NCBI RefSeq assembly: GCF_031458115.1
Contig: NZ_JAVDXV010000006.1
Span: 382,276-414,275, forward strand
DNA length: 32,000 nucleotides
Reading direction: 5' to 3'
Source of the DNA: Roseateles asaccharophilus
Lineage (GTDB): Bacteria > Pseudomonadota > Gammaproteobacteria > Burkholderiales > Burkholderiaceae_C
Shown here: positions 16,700-25,443 of the stretch, one piece after another
Layout: each line of letters opens with the position of its first letter
Position numbering within the stretch: position 1 is the first letter of the stretch
Notes under the pieces: model-generated
Told to the model about the DNA's origin: nothing
The model's database searches: none
Seen by the model: only the letters and a program-made list of their open reading frames with translations
Position numbers and translations under genes: made by a program

Positions 16700-16792
16700 G
16701 TGTACCCCCACAACGGCCCCGCGAGGTAGATCACAGCGCACTGCGCAAATCGAGGACATGAGTCGGATAGGGCCATCAACCCAGCCCTCCCC

Positions 16793-18736
16793 ATGTCCGC
16801 TTCTACTGCCATCTCCCCGGCGGAGCTTCTCCACTCTGCAGAGCTCAACGCCGCTCCCGCACCTTCATCTGCCTTCGGCCCGCTGCCCCTCGCAAAGGCG
16901 CTGCAAGCCGGCCTTCTCGCTGCACGCGCAGAGTTCTGCGGCGACCTTCCAGCCCACCTTATTGGCGCCACTGCGCCGGAGCGCTACGACGCCGCTGCTG
17001 CGACGGCTGAGCGCTTTCAAATGCTTCTGGGAACGGCGAGTGACGATCACGCTCTGCTTGACCGCCTTGTTCAGCTTGCGCAGGCCGATCTGGGTGGCTT
17101 CGCTTGGCGCAGCTCGACCGTCGCGTCGGCGGTCACCTCGAAGTTGATCGAGCGGCACAAAGTGGAGCTCAAGTCTGTCGCGGCCGTCTTTGAGTTCGAT
17201 GCTTCTGTGGGCGAGCGTGTTCTAGCTATCGCCAACGCACACCTCGGCCGTCCTGTTCCCGGCGACTCGCTTCAAACGAAGGTCTCGCGCATACTCGACC
17301 GCAAGTTCTGGCTTCGGCACTACTCAAAGCTCGCCCGCCAGCGTGACGAGTTCTCCTTCATCAAGTCCGGCTTCGTTTCTGCGGCTGGCGAGAAGTACAT
17401 CAGCGACCGCGGTCTGTCACGCCACTCCGAAGCTCTGGCGGCACAGCAAGCGTGGCTCGAGTCGACCGTCCTCATCGACCACAGCGCAGCAGCTTCTACT
17501 GGCAAGTTCAAGTACATCAAGCTCGCTGACGCAGCGAAGCGCGCGGCGCACCGTGATGCAAGCCTGTGGGCGTTCCTCACCGGCATCGAGCAGCTCAGCA
17601 TCGAATCCAACCTCGAATGCGCGCTCGTCACCCTTACGGCGCCGTCATCCTTTCACGCCTGCCCCGGCACTCGCTCCAAGTTGTTCGACGGCGTCAGCAC
17701 ACCCCTCGACTCGCACAAGTACATCGCTAGCCGCTGGACGGCCTTCCAGCGCGATCTTGACAACGAAGGCCTCGCGGTCAGCGGTGTCCGCGCTACTGAA
17801 CCGCAGGGCGACGGCACATGCCATTGGCATGTCTGGCTGCACTATGCGCCCGACACTCTGCCGAGCATCCTCTCCCGCTTGGCTCACTACTTCCAAGGCG
17901 ACACCGCTCGCCGTGTCGAACCTGTAGTCGTTCGTCAGGTCGAAGCTGACTTGGCCGGCCGCAAGGTCAACAAGAAGACCGGTGAGCGCTTCAGTGAGTC
18001 GTTCAGCGTTCTGCGCGCCGGGGCGCTCGTTCAGCGTTCAACGAAGCCAGCTGCTCAGGTCGACTTCAGCGTCATCAATCGCTCGTACGCGTCCGGCGCT
18101 ACTTACATGGCCAAGTACACGGTCAAGTCGTTCGATCAGTCCGAGAACAGCAAGCGTGTCCACGCATGGCGCTGGACCTGGGGCGTACGCGGCTTCCAGC
18201 TCTTCGGGCTGCGCAACTGCCGCGGACTCTGGGATGAGCTCTACCGCGCCACTGAGCGCCCCTTCGATTCGCGCGCCGCTGCGCTGTGGGACGCTGTCCA
18301 CGCTGAGCCCGGCAAGCACACCCGCCAGGTCATCAACCCGCTTACTGGACTGCAGGAGGTTGAGCACTACGAGGGGGGCACCGCTGCATTCATTCGCCTT
18401 CAAGGCGGCCTCGCGGCTGCCGGTGGCGCTGCAGGCCTGCGCATCAAGATCACCTACGTGCCTGCTGAAGGACGCTATGGCGACTTCATGAAGCGCCGCC
18501 GCGGACTTCGCATCATGCTTGGCGACACGGTGCTCTACAGCTTCAAAACCCGCGAGCCGGGGCGCTGGGTCATGTCTGCCGAGGGACGCGTTGAGCAGAC
18601 CTTCAGCGCTCTGCGCCGCATCCCGTTCGTCGATGCGGCAGAGCTGATCGAGCTGACCTGCGCTGAGTTCAAAGCCCTCCTCGCCAGCTATGCGGCCGGC
18701 GTCGACCCGTTCACCGGCGAAATCCTCGACGCATAG
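16793..18736 (+). CDS. Rolling-circle replication initiator (HUH endonuclease)
   Basis: 647 aa. HUH-type motif GTCHWHVWLHY (HWH at 17822-17830) and tyrosine motif YMAKYTVK (Y..KY at 18104-18118). Confidence 0.75.
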   Translation: MSASTAISPAELLHSAELNAAPAPSSAFGPLPLAKALQAGLLAARAEFCGDLPAHLIGATAPERYDAAAATAERFQMLLGTASDDHALLDRLVQLAQADLGGFAWRSSTVASAVTSKLIERHKVELKSVAAVFEFDASVGERVLAIANAHLGRPVPGDSLQTKVSRILDRKFWLRHYSKLARQRDEFSFIKSGFVSAAGEKYISDRGLSRHSEALAAQQAWLESTVLIDHSAAASTGKFKYIKLADAAKRAAHRDASLWAFLTGIEQLSIESNLECALVTLTAPSSFHACPGTRSKLFDGVSTPLDSHKYIASRWTAFQRDLDNEGLAVSGVRATEPQGDGTCHWHVWLHYAPDTLPSILSRLAHYFQGDTARRVEPVVVRQVEADLAGRKVNKKTGERFSESFSVLRAGALVQRSTKPAAQVDFSVINRSYASGATYMAKYTVKSFDQSENSKRVHAWRWTWGVRGFQLFGLRNCRGLWDELYRATERPFDSRAAALWDAVHAEPGKHTRQVINPLTGLQEVEHYEGGTAAFIRLQGGLAAAGGAAGLRIKITYVPAEGRYGDFMKRRRGLRIMLGDTVLYSFKTREPGRWVMSAEGRVEQTFSALRRIPFVDAAELIELTCAEFKALLASYAAGVDPFTGEILDA

Positions 18737-18929
18737 CGCCTCGCAAGTTCGAATCCGCCTGATCCGCTCAGGCCCACACACCCCGCACCCGCGGGGCGCA
18801 GCCACTGGCGAGCCTCTGAAGTGTGATGGGATTCGAACCAACCCTCAGGTCTGAGCTTCGCCGATCCGCGCGGCGCTTCGCGCGGGCGACGCCTCGAAAC
18901 CGGCTTAACCGGGCCGGCAAGGCGCCTCA

Positions 18930-18953
18930 GGCGGGCCCCGTAGGGGTCCCGCC
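18930..18953. terminator. GC-rich hairpin between convergent rep and recombinase genes
   Basis: GGCGGGCCCC-GTA-GGGG(T)CCCGCC. There is no clear U-tract, so terminator function is uncertain. Confidence 0.35.
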
Positions 18954-18991
18954 CTTGGATAGATATGCGTAACTTTCTAACCCTGAATTTA

Positions 18992-20611
18992 CTAGGACTT
19001 TTTGAGGCTCGGCAGTTCAAGCTCACCTTTCAGGCTTGCAGCCCAGGCCGGCTGCGCGTCGCCCTGCGCTTTCACCCCGAGCGGTATCGTCAGCAGCTGC
19101 TGCGAGTTCTTGAACTGAACTGCGACTAGGTCATACGCCCAGAGCCAAATCACGTCCACGGCTCGTCGTAGTCTGTTGTTGCAGTCCGCGCGTAGACGCA
19201 TCGCATCGTCTGACGTCTCGAACAGCACTGCGATGACTTGCTCTGCGTAAGCCGTGTCAAATAGCGAGTTTGGGTTGACTGCCAGCTGCGCTTTGAGCTC
19301 TTCGATGACGTTCTCAAGCTGCTCACGTTCAGCGGTCAACCTGGCAATGTCTTGAAGTACCTCGGGCACGGCGCCCACGGCTCTGCTGACTGCTACGACG
19401 TTTGCTATTGCGGTCTTCACGTCAGCGAGCTTTGACTCAGCTACCGCAACTTCTTTCACCGCTGCGTCTTTGTCGTACCCCAGGCCCAGGTGCGCTCCCG
19501 CGTACGCACATATGTCTAAGATGACCTGCGCTTCGGTCTTCAGCGCTGACATCGTCTTGCACTTCGTAATCCCGGCCGCTTTTGAAGAGCAGATCAGCTG
19601 TGCCCTGCTCCAGCCGCGGTACTCGACTTTTCGCTGTATCGACGCGCCACAGTGCCCGCACCTGAGCAGTCCACTGAATACGTGAAAGTAGTTGCCATCG
19701 CGTTTTGGCGGCGCTGTTTTGCGCGTCTGGACTGACGATCTTGCGAGGTGCCAGAGGTCGTCACTTATCACCCGAGGGTAGTAATCCTTGATCGGTGGTC
19801 CTACTGCTACAGGCACGTCACTCTCAAGCTCTTTCAACACGTTCTTGCCTTTGAGCTTGTGCTGAGCCTCTCCCAAAACTGCCCTGTTCTTCAGGATGAT
19901 TTGCGGCATCCTCGAATGCCAGTGTTCTGTTGTCATCGAGGTCACGCGTGTAGGTACCGGCCAGCCTTCTGCGTTCGCTAGCTTCGCAATCGTAGGCCCG
20001 CCCATTCCGCGGCCAGCCGCTTCGAACACTTTTCTCACGGACTCAGCCAGCTCTTCGACAACTTCCCAGTCGCCTCCCGCTTGACTTCTTCTCAGCCACC
20101 CCGGAGCTGAGCCGAAGACCTTCTTGCCTTCTTCTCGTTTTCGCTTGAACGTCTCGCTTACACGCCCGCCCTTGCGAAAGCTCTCTTCGTGCGCTTGCGC
20201 GAACGCAAGCATCATGCCGATCAGAGCGGCGATGTTGTTCAGCGACTTCTTCGTGTAGATGTGCCCGTCGAGCAACGTGACGATGTTCACGTCTTTGCGC
20301 AGGATCGACTTGACCAGCGTGTCTGCATCGTCAATCTCTTCGCGACTGAGCCGGTCGAAGTGTTCAATCAGCAGATAACTGCCCTTCGGCACCCTGCCCT
20401 CTTCCACCTGCTCCAAGAACGCCGCGAGGTTGCCTTTCGTTCTGTGCTTGCCGGTGAAAGCACTCAAGCCGAGGTCCGCGACGCTCTCATCGAGCTTCAT
20501 GCCGTGCTGCGCGCACCACCGCTCTGCTGCATCGCCCTGTCGTTCTTCTGAGCGCCCTTTTGATTGTCTTGCCGACGAAAATCGAACGTAGCTGATGACC
20601 CGAGGCTTCAT
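18992..20611 (-). CDS. Large serine recombinase (integrase)
   Basis: Resolvase-type N-terminus ([12 protein letters not shown]...[11 protein letters not shown]), a recombinase domain, a Cys4 zinc-ribbon (CGHCG...C..K..C) and a coiled-coil C-terminus. ATG 20611 is preferred; the track start TTG 20623 is possible. Confidence 0.9.
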   Translation of the reverse strand: MKPRVISYVRFSSARQSKGRSEERQGDAAERWCAQHGMKLDESVADLGLSAFTGKHRTKGNLAAFLEQVEEGRVPKGSYLLIEHFDRLSREEIDDADTLVKSILRKDVNIVTLLDGHIYTKKSLNNIAALIGMMLAFAQAHEESFRKGGRVSETFKRKREEGKKVFGSAPGWLRRSQAGGDWEVVEELAESVRKVFEAAGRGMGGPTIAKLANAEGWPVPTRVTSMTTEHWHSRMPQIILKNRAVLGEAQHKLKGKNVLKELESDVPVAVGPPIKDYYPRVISDDLWHLARSSVQTRKTAPPKRDGNYFHVFSGLLRCGHCGASIQRKVEYRGWSRAQLICSSKAAGITKCKTMSALKTEAQVILDICAYAGAHLGLGYDKDAAVKEVAVAESKLADVKTAIANVVAVSRAVGAVPEVLQDIARLTAEREQLENVIEELKAQLAVNPNSLFDTAYAEQVIAVLFETSDDAMRLRADCNNRLRRAVDVIWLWAYDLVAVQFKNSQQLLTIPLGVKAQGDAQPAWAASLKGELELPSLKKS

Positions 20612-20679
20612 GTCGATAGTCAAATCCTTGTTCCGAAGATATGGAATTCTAGTGCAGATCAGCGTTCAATATCTTCGAA

Positions 20680-20702
20680 TCCGCAAATACAGCACGCTCA
20701 TC
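20680..20702. repeat. Right terminal inverted repeat (attR, phage-derived P arm)
   Basis: TCCGCAAATACAGCACGCTCATC followed by TC (20703-20704). It is the reverse complement of 8442-8464 with one mismatch. Confidence 0.8.
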
Positions 20703-20933
20703 TCCACGACCGTTCACCCGCGCGAGGTCGTCAAGCGCGCGCTGGCGCTGGGCGCGGGTGCCGCCATCCTGGCGCACAACCACCCCAGCGGCCACGCCGA
20801 GCCGTCGCGCGCCGACGAGTTGCTGACGAAACAGCTCAGCGACGCGCTGGCGCTGGTGGACGTGCGCGTGGTGGATCACCTCGTCGTGGGCGCCGGTGAT
20901 GTCGTTTCCTTTGCCGAGCGGGGTCTGCTGTGA
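20703..20933 (+). pseudogene. radC 3' fragment (JAB/MPN domain)
   Basis: ..[42 protein letters not shown]...[21 protein letters not shown] carries the canonical RadC C-terminal motifs HNHPSG and SFAE. Confidence 0.9.
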
Positions 20934-21006
20934 GCGCTGCGCCGGGCCGCCCCAAGCAAGCTCGCTCCCGCTTGGCGGGACAGGCCGCAGGCCGAAGGGT
21001 GCACCA

Positions 21007-21651
21007 ATGACCAAGGTCGTCCGCAGCCTGGCCGACCTGAAGCCGCTGGCCCGCGAGATGGCGGCCGCACGCCTGGCCGCCGAAGTCGAACGCGAGCGCA
21101 TCGCCGCGGCCATGCGGCTGGCCGAACAGGAGCGGCGCGTCTTCGAGTTGACCGTGGGCCCCGTGACGCCGCTGCGCACGGTGGACCGGGTCATCCATGA
21201 CCGCGAGCAACCCACGCCCGAGCCTCGCCAGCGCGAGGCGGACGAGCGCGCGGTGCTGCTGCAGGCGCTGTCCGACGAGATCGACATCGACACGCTGCTG
21301 GACACCGACGAGACGCTGTCCTTCCGCCGCGAAGGCATCTCGCTGGAGGTGGTGCGCAAGCTGCGTCGCGGCCACTGGTCGTTGCAGGCGCAGCTGGACC
21401 TGCACGGCCTGCGCCGCGACGCCGCGCGCGAGGCGCTGGGCCAGTTCGTCCATGACAGCGCGCGGCGTGGCCTGCGCTGCGTGCGCGTCATCCACGGCAA
21501 GGGGCATGGCTCGCCGGGCCGCGAGCCCATCCTCAAGGGCCGCGTGCGCCGCTGGCTGGTGCAGAAGAACGAGGTGCTGGCCTTCGTGCAGGCGCGCGCC
21601 AGCGACGGCGGCGCGGGCGCCCTCATCGTGCTGCTGAACGGCACGCCCTGA
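21007..21651 (+). CDS. Smr-domain protein (SmrA/YdaL-like)
   Basis: Internal ATG 21007 (MTKVVRSL..). C-terminal Smr motif LDLHGLRRDAAREAL...VRVIHGKGHGS. Confidence 0.8.
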   Translation: MTKVVRSLADLKPLAREMAAARLAAEVERERIAAAMRLAEQERRVFELTVGPVTPLRTVDRVIHDREQPTPEPRQREADERAVLLQALSDEIDIDTLLDTDETLSFRREGISLEVVRKLRRGHWSLQAQLDLHGLRRDAAREALGQFVHDSARRGLRCVRVIHGKGHGSPGREPILKGRVRRWLVQKNEVLAFVQARASDGGAGALIVLLNGTP

Positions 21652-21806
21652 CACGGCCCTGACGCGAACTGACCGCGCGCTGGCGCGTCGTTTTCCGCAG
21701 ACGCGGAGCAATGCCATTGACCTCGCGCGTTAGGCGGGAGTAGCCTGGGCTCATCAGCCGCTGATGCGCGCGAAGAAGGTTTCCCAGCCACCACCGAGGA
21801 GAGCCC

Positions 21807-22448
21807 ATGGACCTGACCCGCCAATCCCCCGCGCCCACCCGCTACATGGGCATCGGCCTGGTGATCGCCCTGCACCTGGCAGGCATCTACGCGCTGAGCG
21901 CCGGGCTGATCAAGCCGTTGACCCAACCGCCGACCATCACGACGCTCAAGCCGCTGCCTCCCGATGTGAAGGAGCCGCCGCCGCCCACCGAACCGTTCCC
22001 GGTGGACGGCCCGAAGCTGCACCAGCCGCAGCCCATCCCGGTGCCGCCCATTCCTTTTGACGTGACGCCGACGCAAACGCCGCTGATCAGCACAGTCCCG
22101 TTGGACGGCACTCCCGTCACGATGGTGCCCACCGCAACGGGCAAGGCGGACCCGACACCGCATCAACCTAGCGTCGTCGTGCCGCAGATCAGCACGGCCG
22201 GCGCCGTCTGCTCGGTCATGCCCAGGCCGGAGGTACCTGCCGTCAACTGGAGCGGCGAGGCGGTACTGCAGGTGCTGGCCACCGTGAAGGGCGGCCGCGT
22301 GGTGGGCCAGGACGTGCGCGTGCTGCAAGGCGCGATGGACGGCAAGACCCGTCGCTCGCTGCAACGCTCCGTGGAATCCGCGCTGGCCGGCTACCAGTGC
22401 CAGGGCGACGCAACCTTCCAGCAGGACTTCGCGTTCCGTCTCGACTAG
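21807..22448 (+). CDS. TonB-family energy transducer
   Basis: GAGGAG RBS, an N-terminal TM helix, a Pro-rich spacer (KPLPPDVKEPPPPTEPFP) and a C-terminal TonB-like domain. Confidence 0.75.
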   Translation: MDLTRQSPAPTRYMGIGLVIALHLAGIYALSAGLIKPLTQPPTITTLKPLPPDVKEPPPPTEPFPVDGPKLHQPQPIPVPPIPFDVTPTQTPLISTVPLDGTPVTMVPTATGKADPTPHQPSVVVPQISTAGAVCSVMPRPEVPAVNWSGEAVLQVLATVKGGRVVGQDVRVLQGAMDGKTRRSLQRSVESALAGYQCQGDATFQQDFAFRLD

Positions 22449-22846
22449 ACGTTTCTCATCCAGTCAGCCGTGCCGGCAAAGGACTCGGCCAGGCGGTCGC
22501 GCAGGGCCGGGTCCACACCCACCTCGTCCATCGCCTGCGCCATGCACGCCAGCCATTCGTCGCGCTCGACGATGCCGATGCGAAACGGCATGTGCCGCGC
22601 GCGCAGCCGCGGGTGGCCGAAGCGGCTGATGTAGTGGTCGGGCCCACCCAGCCAGCCGCACAGGAACCAGAACAGCTTGTCGCGCGCGCTGTCCAGCGCG
22701 TCGCCATGCGCCGCGCGCAGCCGCGCGTAGGCCGGCTCCAGGTCCATCAGGTCGTAGAAGCGGTCGACGAGTTCGCGCACGCGCGCCTCACCGCCCATCC
22801 ATTCGAAAGCCGTCGTCGGGGAATCAGCCAAGCAGCTTGCTCGCAA
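22445..22846 (-). CDS. Group-II truncated hemoglobin (GlbO/YjbI-like)
   Basis: GGEARVRELVDRFY...GHPRLRARHMPFRIGIVERDEWLACM matches the trHbO signature. Its stop overlaps the tonB stop as CTAG. Confidence 0.85.
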   Translation of the reverse strand: MRASCLADSPTTAFEWMGGEARVRELVDRFYDLMDLEPAYARLRAAHGDALDSARDKLFWFLCGWLGGPDHYISRFGHPRLRARHMPFRIGIVERDEWLACMAQAMDEVGVDPALRDRLAESFAGTADWMRNV

Positions 22847-23639
22847 GGGCCTTGATGGCCTGGGCGGCGTCGCAGCCCGGGTAATGCTCCAGCATCAGCT
22901 GGCGCTTCAGCACGGCCTGCTTGACGGCCATGTCGGCCTTGACCTCGGCCAGCAGTTCCAGCCGGAAGTTCTGGCTCGGCGCCGGGCCGATGAAACGCTG
23001 CAACACCTGCTGCAGCTGGCCGCAGATCAGCTTGCCTTCGCCCACGCGGTTGGCCTGGTTGACCACCAGGCCCACATGACGGCGCTCCTGCTGCGTGGCC
23101 AGCACCTTGATGGTGGCGTAGGCATCGGTCAGCGACGTGGGCTCGGGCGTGGCCACCACCAGCACGTCGGTGGCCAGCGAGATGGCGTACAGCACCACGT
23201 CGGAAATGCCGGCGCCGGTGTCCAGCAGCACCCAGTCGAAGCGTGGCTTCACGAGGTCGATGATGTGCAGCAGCTTGTCGCGCACCTCGGGCGTCAGGCG
23301 CGAGTACTCCACCATGCCCGAGCCGGCCAGCAGCACGGAGAAGCCGCCCGGCGCGGGCAGGATGGCCTGCTCCAGCGTCGCCTTCTCGGTGAAGACGTCG
23401 TGCAGCGTCAGCTTGGGGTGCAGGTTGAGCACCACGTCGAGGTTGGCCAGGCCCAGGTCGGCGTCCAGTACCAGCACCTTCTGGCCGCGTGCGGCCAGCG
23501 CTGCGGCGAGGTTGGCGGTGACGAAGGTCTTGCCGACGCCGCCCTTGCCGCTCGTGACGGCCAGTGTGCGGGCGCCGCCGCGCGCGGCGGACCGCGGTGG
23601 CGAGGTGGCGGGAGCAGCAGGATCGGGAGTCGTGCTCAT
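22824..23639 (-). CDS. ParA/MinD-family P-loop ATPase
   Basis: Start ATG 23639 (MSTTPDP..) overlaps the GGDEF stop as ATGA. Deviant Walker A VTSGKGGVGKT and VLVLDADLGLANLD are present. The 5' extension of track ORF 22824..24227 is an artefact. Confidence 0.85.
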   Translation of the reverse strand: MSTTPDPAAPATSPPRSAARGGARTLAVTSGKGGVGKTFVTANLAAALAARGQKVLVLDADLGLANLDVVLNLHPKLTLHDVFTEKATLEQAILPAPGGFSVLLAGSGMVEYSRLTPEVRDKLLHIIDLVKPRFDWVLLDTGAGISDVVLYAISLATDVLVVATPEPTSLTDAYATIKVLATQQERRHVGLVVNQANRVGEGKLICGQLQQVLQRFIGPAPSQNFRLELLAEVKADMAVKQAVLKRQLMLEHYPGCDAAQAIKALASKLLG

Positions 23640-24376
23640 GGCGTCGTGTCCTGTTGCAGATCTGAATTCAAGGTAGCGAACAACATGCCCTTTTCTTCGG
23701 CGCTGACCAGGGAGTCGATCTGCGGCTCCAGGCAAGCGCGGTTGCGGCCCTCGGCCTTGGCACGGTAGAGCTGGCGGTCGGTGCGCTCCATCCACAGCAG
23801 CGGCGACGAGCGCACCCATTGCGGTGCGAACGCGCCACCCAGGCTGACCGTGACGCCCAGCATCTGGCCAGGAGAGACCTCGATGCTCAGCTCGGAGACG
23901 CGTTCGCGCACGCGCTCGGCGACAGCCAGTCCCACATGTGAGGCACAGTTGGGCAGGATGATGGCGAACTCCTCGCCGCCCACGCGGGCCACGAGGTCCA
24001 TGGGGCGCACGGTCTGTGCAACGGCCTGCGCGACGGCGCGTATGACCTGGTCCCCGGCGTTGTGGCCATGCGTGTCGTTGACGGCCTTGAAGTGGTCGAT
24101 GTCCAGCATCAGCAGCAAGGCGGCTTCGCCGGAACGCGCGACGCGGTCGACCTCGCGGGCCAGCGCCATCTCGAAGCTGCGACGGTTGACCATGCCGGTC
24201 AGCGCATCCTTGCTGGACAGATCGCACAGCGCGTCAATAACCGCCTGCAGCCAGGCAGTGCTGTGAGGCGCCTCGTCCGGAAGCAATGCCCCGGCCTGCT
24301 GCAGCAGTTGCAGGGCCTGGTCCAGAGCGAGCGCATGGGCTTCGATCGGGTGCGGGGCAGGCAAGGCGGGATCCAA
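23636..24376 (-). CDS. Diguanylate cyclase (GGDEF domain)
   Basis: 246 aa with RVGGEEFAIILP (GGEEF active site) and DIDHFKAVND. There is only a short N-terminal region. Confidence 0.85.
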   Translation of the reverse strand: MDPALPAPHPIEAHALALDQALQLLQQAGALLPDEAPHSTAWLQAVIDALCDLSSKDALTGMVNRRSFEMALAREVDRVARSGEAALLLMLDIDHFKAVNDTHGHNAGDQVIRAVAQAVAQTVRPMDLVARVGGEEFAIILPNCASHVGLAVAERVRERVSELSIEVSPGQMLGVTVSLGGAFAPQWVRSSPLLWMERTDRQLYRAKAEGRNRACLEPQIDSLVSAEEKGMLFATLNSDLQQDTTP

Positions 24377-24589
24377 CGGTTGGGATGCAGGACGAGGGGA
24401 CGGCCGGATTGTGGTGTCGGGCCAGTCTAGCAGCGGCCACCCGCAGCGCAGGTCGTGAAACAGGCACGTTCCTGCGGCCTGTTTGCACTATGCTGGCCCG
24501 AACCACGGCCGTACAAGAGCCCTGCGGTGCAGAATCGGCGCGCCAACGCCAGAACTGCTGCGAGCACCCACAAATCTGATTCACGAGAC

Positions 24590-25441
24590 ATGCCCGCACC
24601 CGATCTCGCCTCCGGCAACGACTCCCTCGATCACGAGTTCAGCTTCAGCAAGGCGGACTTCGATCGTGTGCGCGAGTTGATCTACAAGCATGCCGGCATC
24701 AGCCTGCATGACGGCAAGCATGCGATGGTCTACAGCCGGCTGTCGCGCCGCCTGCGCGAGACCGGGCACAAGAGCTTCGCGAACTACCTGCAGTGGCTGG
24801 AGGCCTCGACCGGCCCGTCCGGCGCCGCCGAGTGGCAGGAATTCGTCAACTGCCTGACGACCAACCTGACCTCGTTCTTCCGCGAGGACCATCACTTCCA
24901 CGCGCTGAAGGACGACCTGAAGCCGTTCGTGGGCAAGCAGGTGCGCATCTGGTGCTGCGCCGCCTCGACCGGCGAAGAGCCCTACTCCATCCTGATGACC
25001 TGCAGCGAGGCACTGGGCGCCGGCGCGTCGGTGCAGCTGGTCGCCAGCGACATCGACACCAACGTGCTGGCGACGGCGCGGCGCGGCGTGTACAACGCCG
25101 ATTCGCGCGGGCTGGACGCCGCAAGGTTGAAGACATTCTTCATGCGCGGCACCGGTGCCAACTCGGGCAAGATCCGCGTGAAGCCCGAACTTCAGCGCTG
25201 GGTGGACTTCCGCCCGCTGAATCTGATGGACGCGCAGTGGCAGCTGGGCGACCCCTTCCACATGGTGTTCTGCCGCAACGTGATGATCTATTTCGACGCG
25301 CCCACGCAGCGCAAGGTGCTGGAGCGCATCCATCGCGTCATGCGGCCGGGCGGCCTGCTCTTCGTGGGTCACTCCGAGAACTTCACCGAATCGCGCGACC
25401 TGTTCAAGCTGCGCGGCAAGACGATTTACGAACGGGTCTGA
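24590..25441 (+). CDS. cheR: Chemotaxis protein methyltransferase
   Basis: ATG 24590 within ORF 24455..25441. Shows the CheR N-terminal helical domain plus SAM-MTase motifs (IWCCAASTGEEPYS, VFCRNVMIYFD). Confidence 0.9.
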   Translation: MPAPDLASGNDSLDHEFSFSKADFDRVRELIYKHAGISLHDGKHAMVYSRLSRRLRETGHKSFANYLQWLEASTGPSGAAEWQEFVNCLTTNLTSFFREDHHFHALKDDLKPFVGKQVRIWCCAASTGEEPYSILMTCSEALGAGASVQLVASDIDTNVLATARRGVYNADSRGLDAARLKTFFMRGTGANSGKIRVKPELQRWVDFRPLNLMDAQWQLGDPFHMVFCRNVMIYFDAPTQRKVLERIHRVMRPGGLLFVGHSENFTESRDLFKLRGKTIYERV

Positions 25442-25443
25442 CC

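Larger units (their letters stand above)
8442..20702. mobile_element. Integrated filamentous (Inovirus-like) prophage with a large serine recombinase
   Basis: Bounded by 23-bp inverted repeats flanked by TC, lower GC than the flanks, full inovirus morphogenesis and replication gene set, and inserted inside radC. Confidence 0.85.

Noticed and set aside
18747-18839. tRNA or tmRNA gene in the rep-recombinase spacer
   Set aside because: Only T-loop-like decamers are present. There is no acceptor stem partner, no anticodon arm with a 7-nt loop, a mismatched T-stem and no CCA. It is kept only as a low-interest relic hypothesis.
20649-22364. 571-aa minus-strand ORF spanning the radC 3' end, smr and tonB; similar ORFs at 25426..26748 (-), 28270..29772 (+), 4987..5883 (-) and 5895..6776 (+)
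   Set aside because: All are antisense or out-of-frame to genes with clear family signatures (Smr, TonB, CheD/CheB, HemW, SerS) and have Arg/Gly/Ala-rich junk composition.
22824-24227. 467-aa version of the ParA-like ORF
   Set aside because: The N-terminal ~195 codons overlap the GGDEF gene out of frame and are Arg/Pro/Gly-rich. The real start is ATG 23639, just upstream of the Walker A motif and overlapping the GGDEF stop as ATGA.
24458-24484. Hairpin AAACAGGC-N11-GCCTGTTT upstream of cheR as a terminator or riboswitch
   Set aside because: It lies in a divergent promoter region with no upstream gene to terminate, and it has no proper U-tract or recognisable riboswitch consensus. It is probably incidental or an operator.
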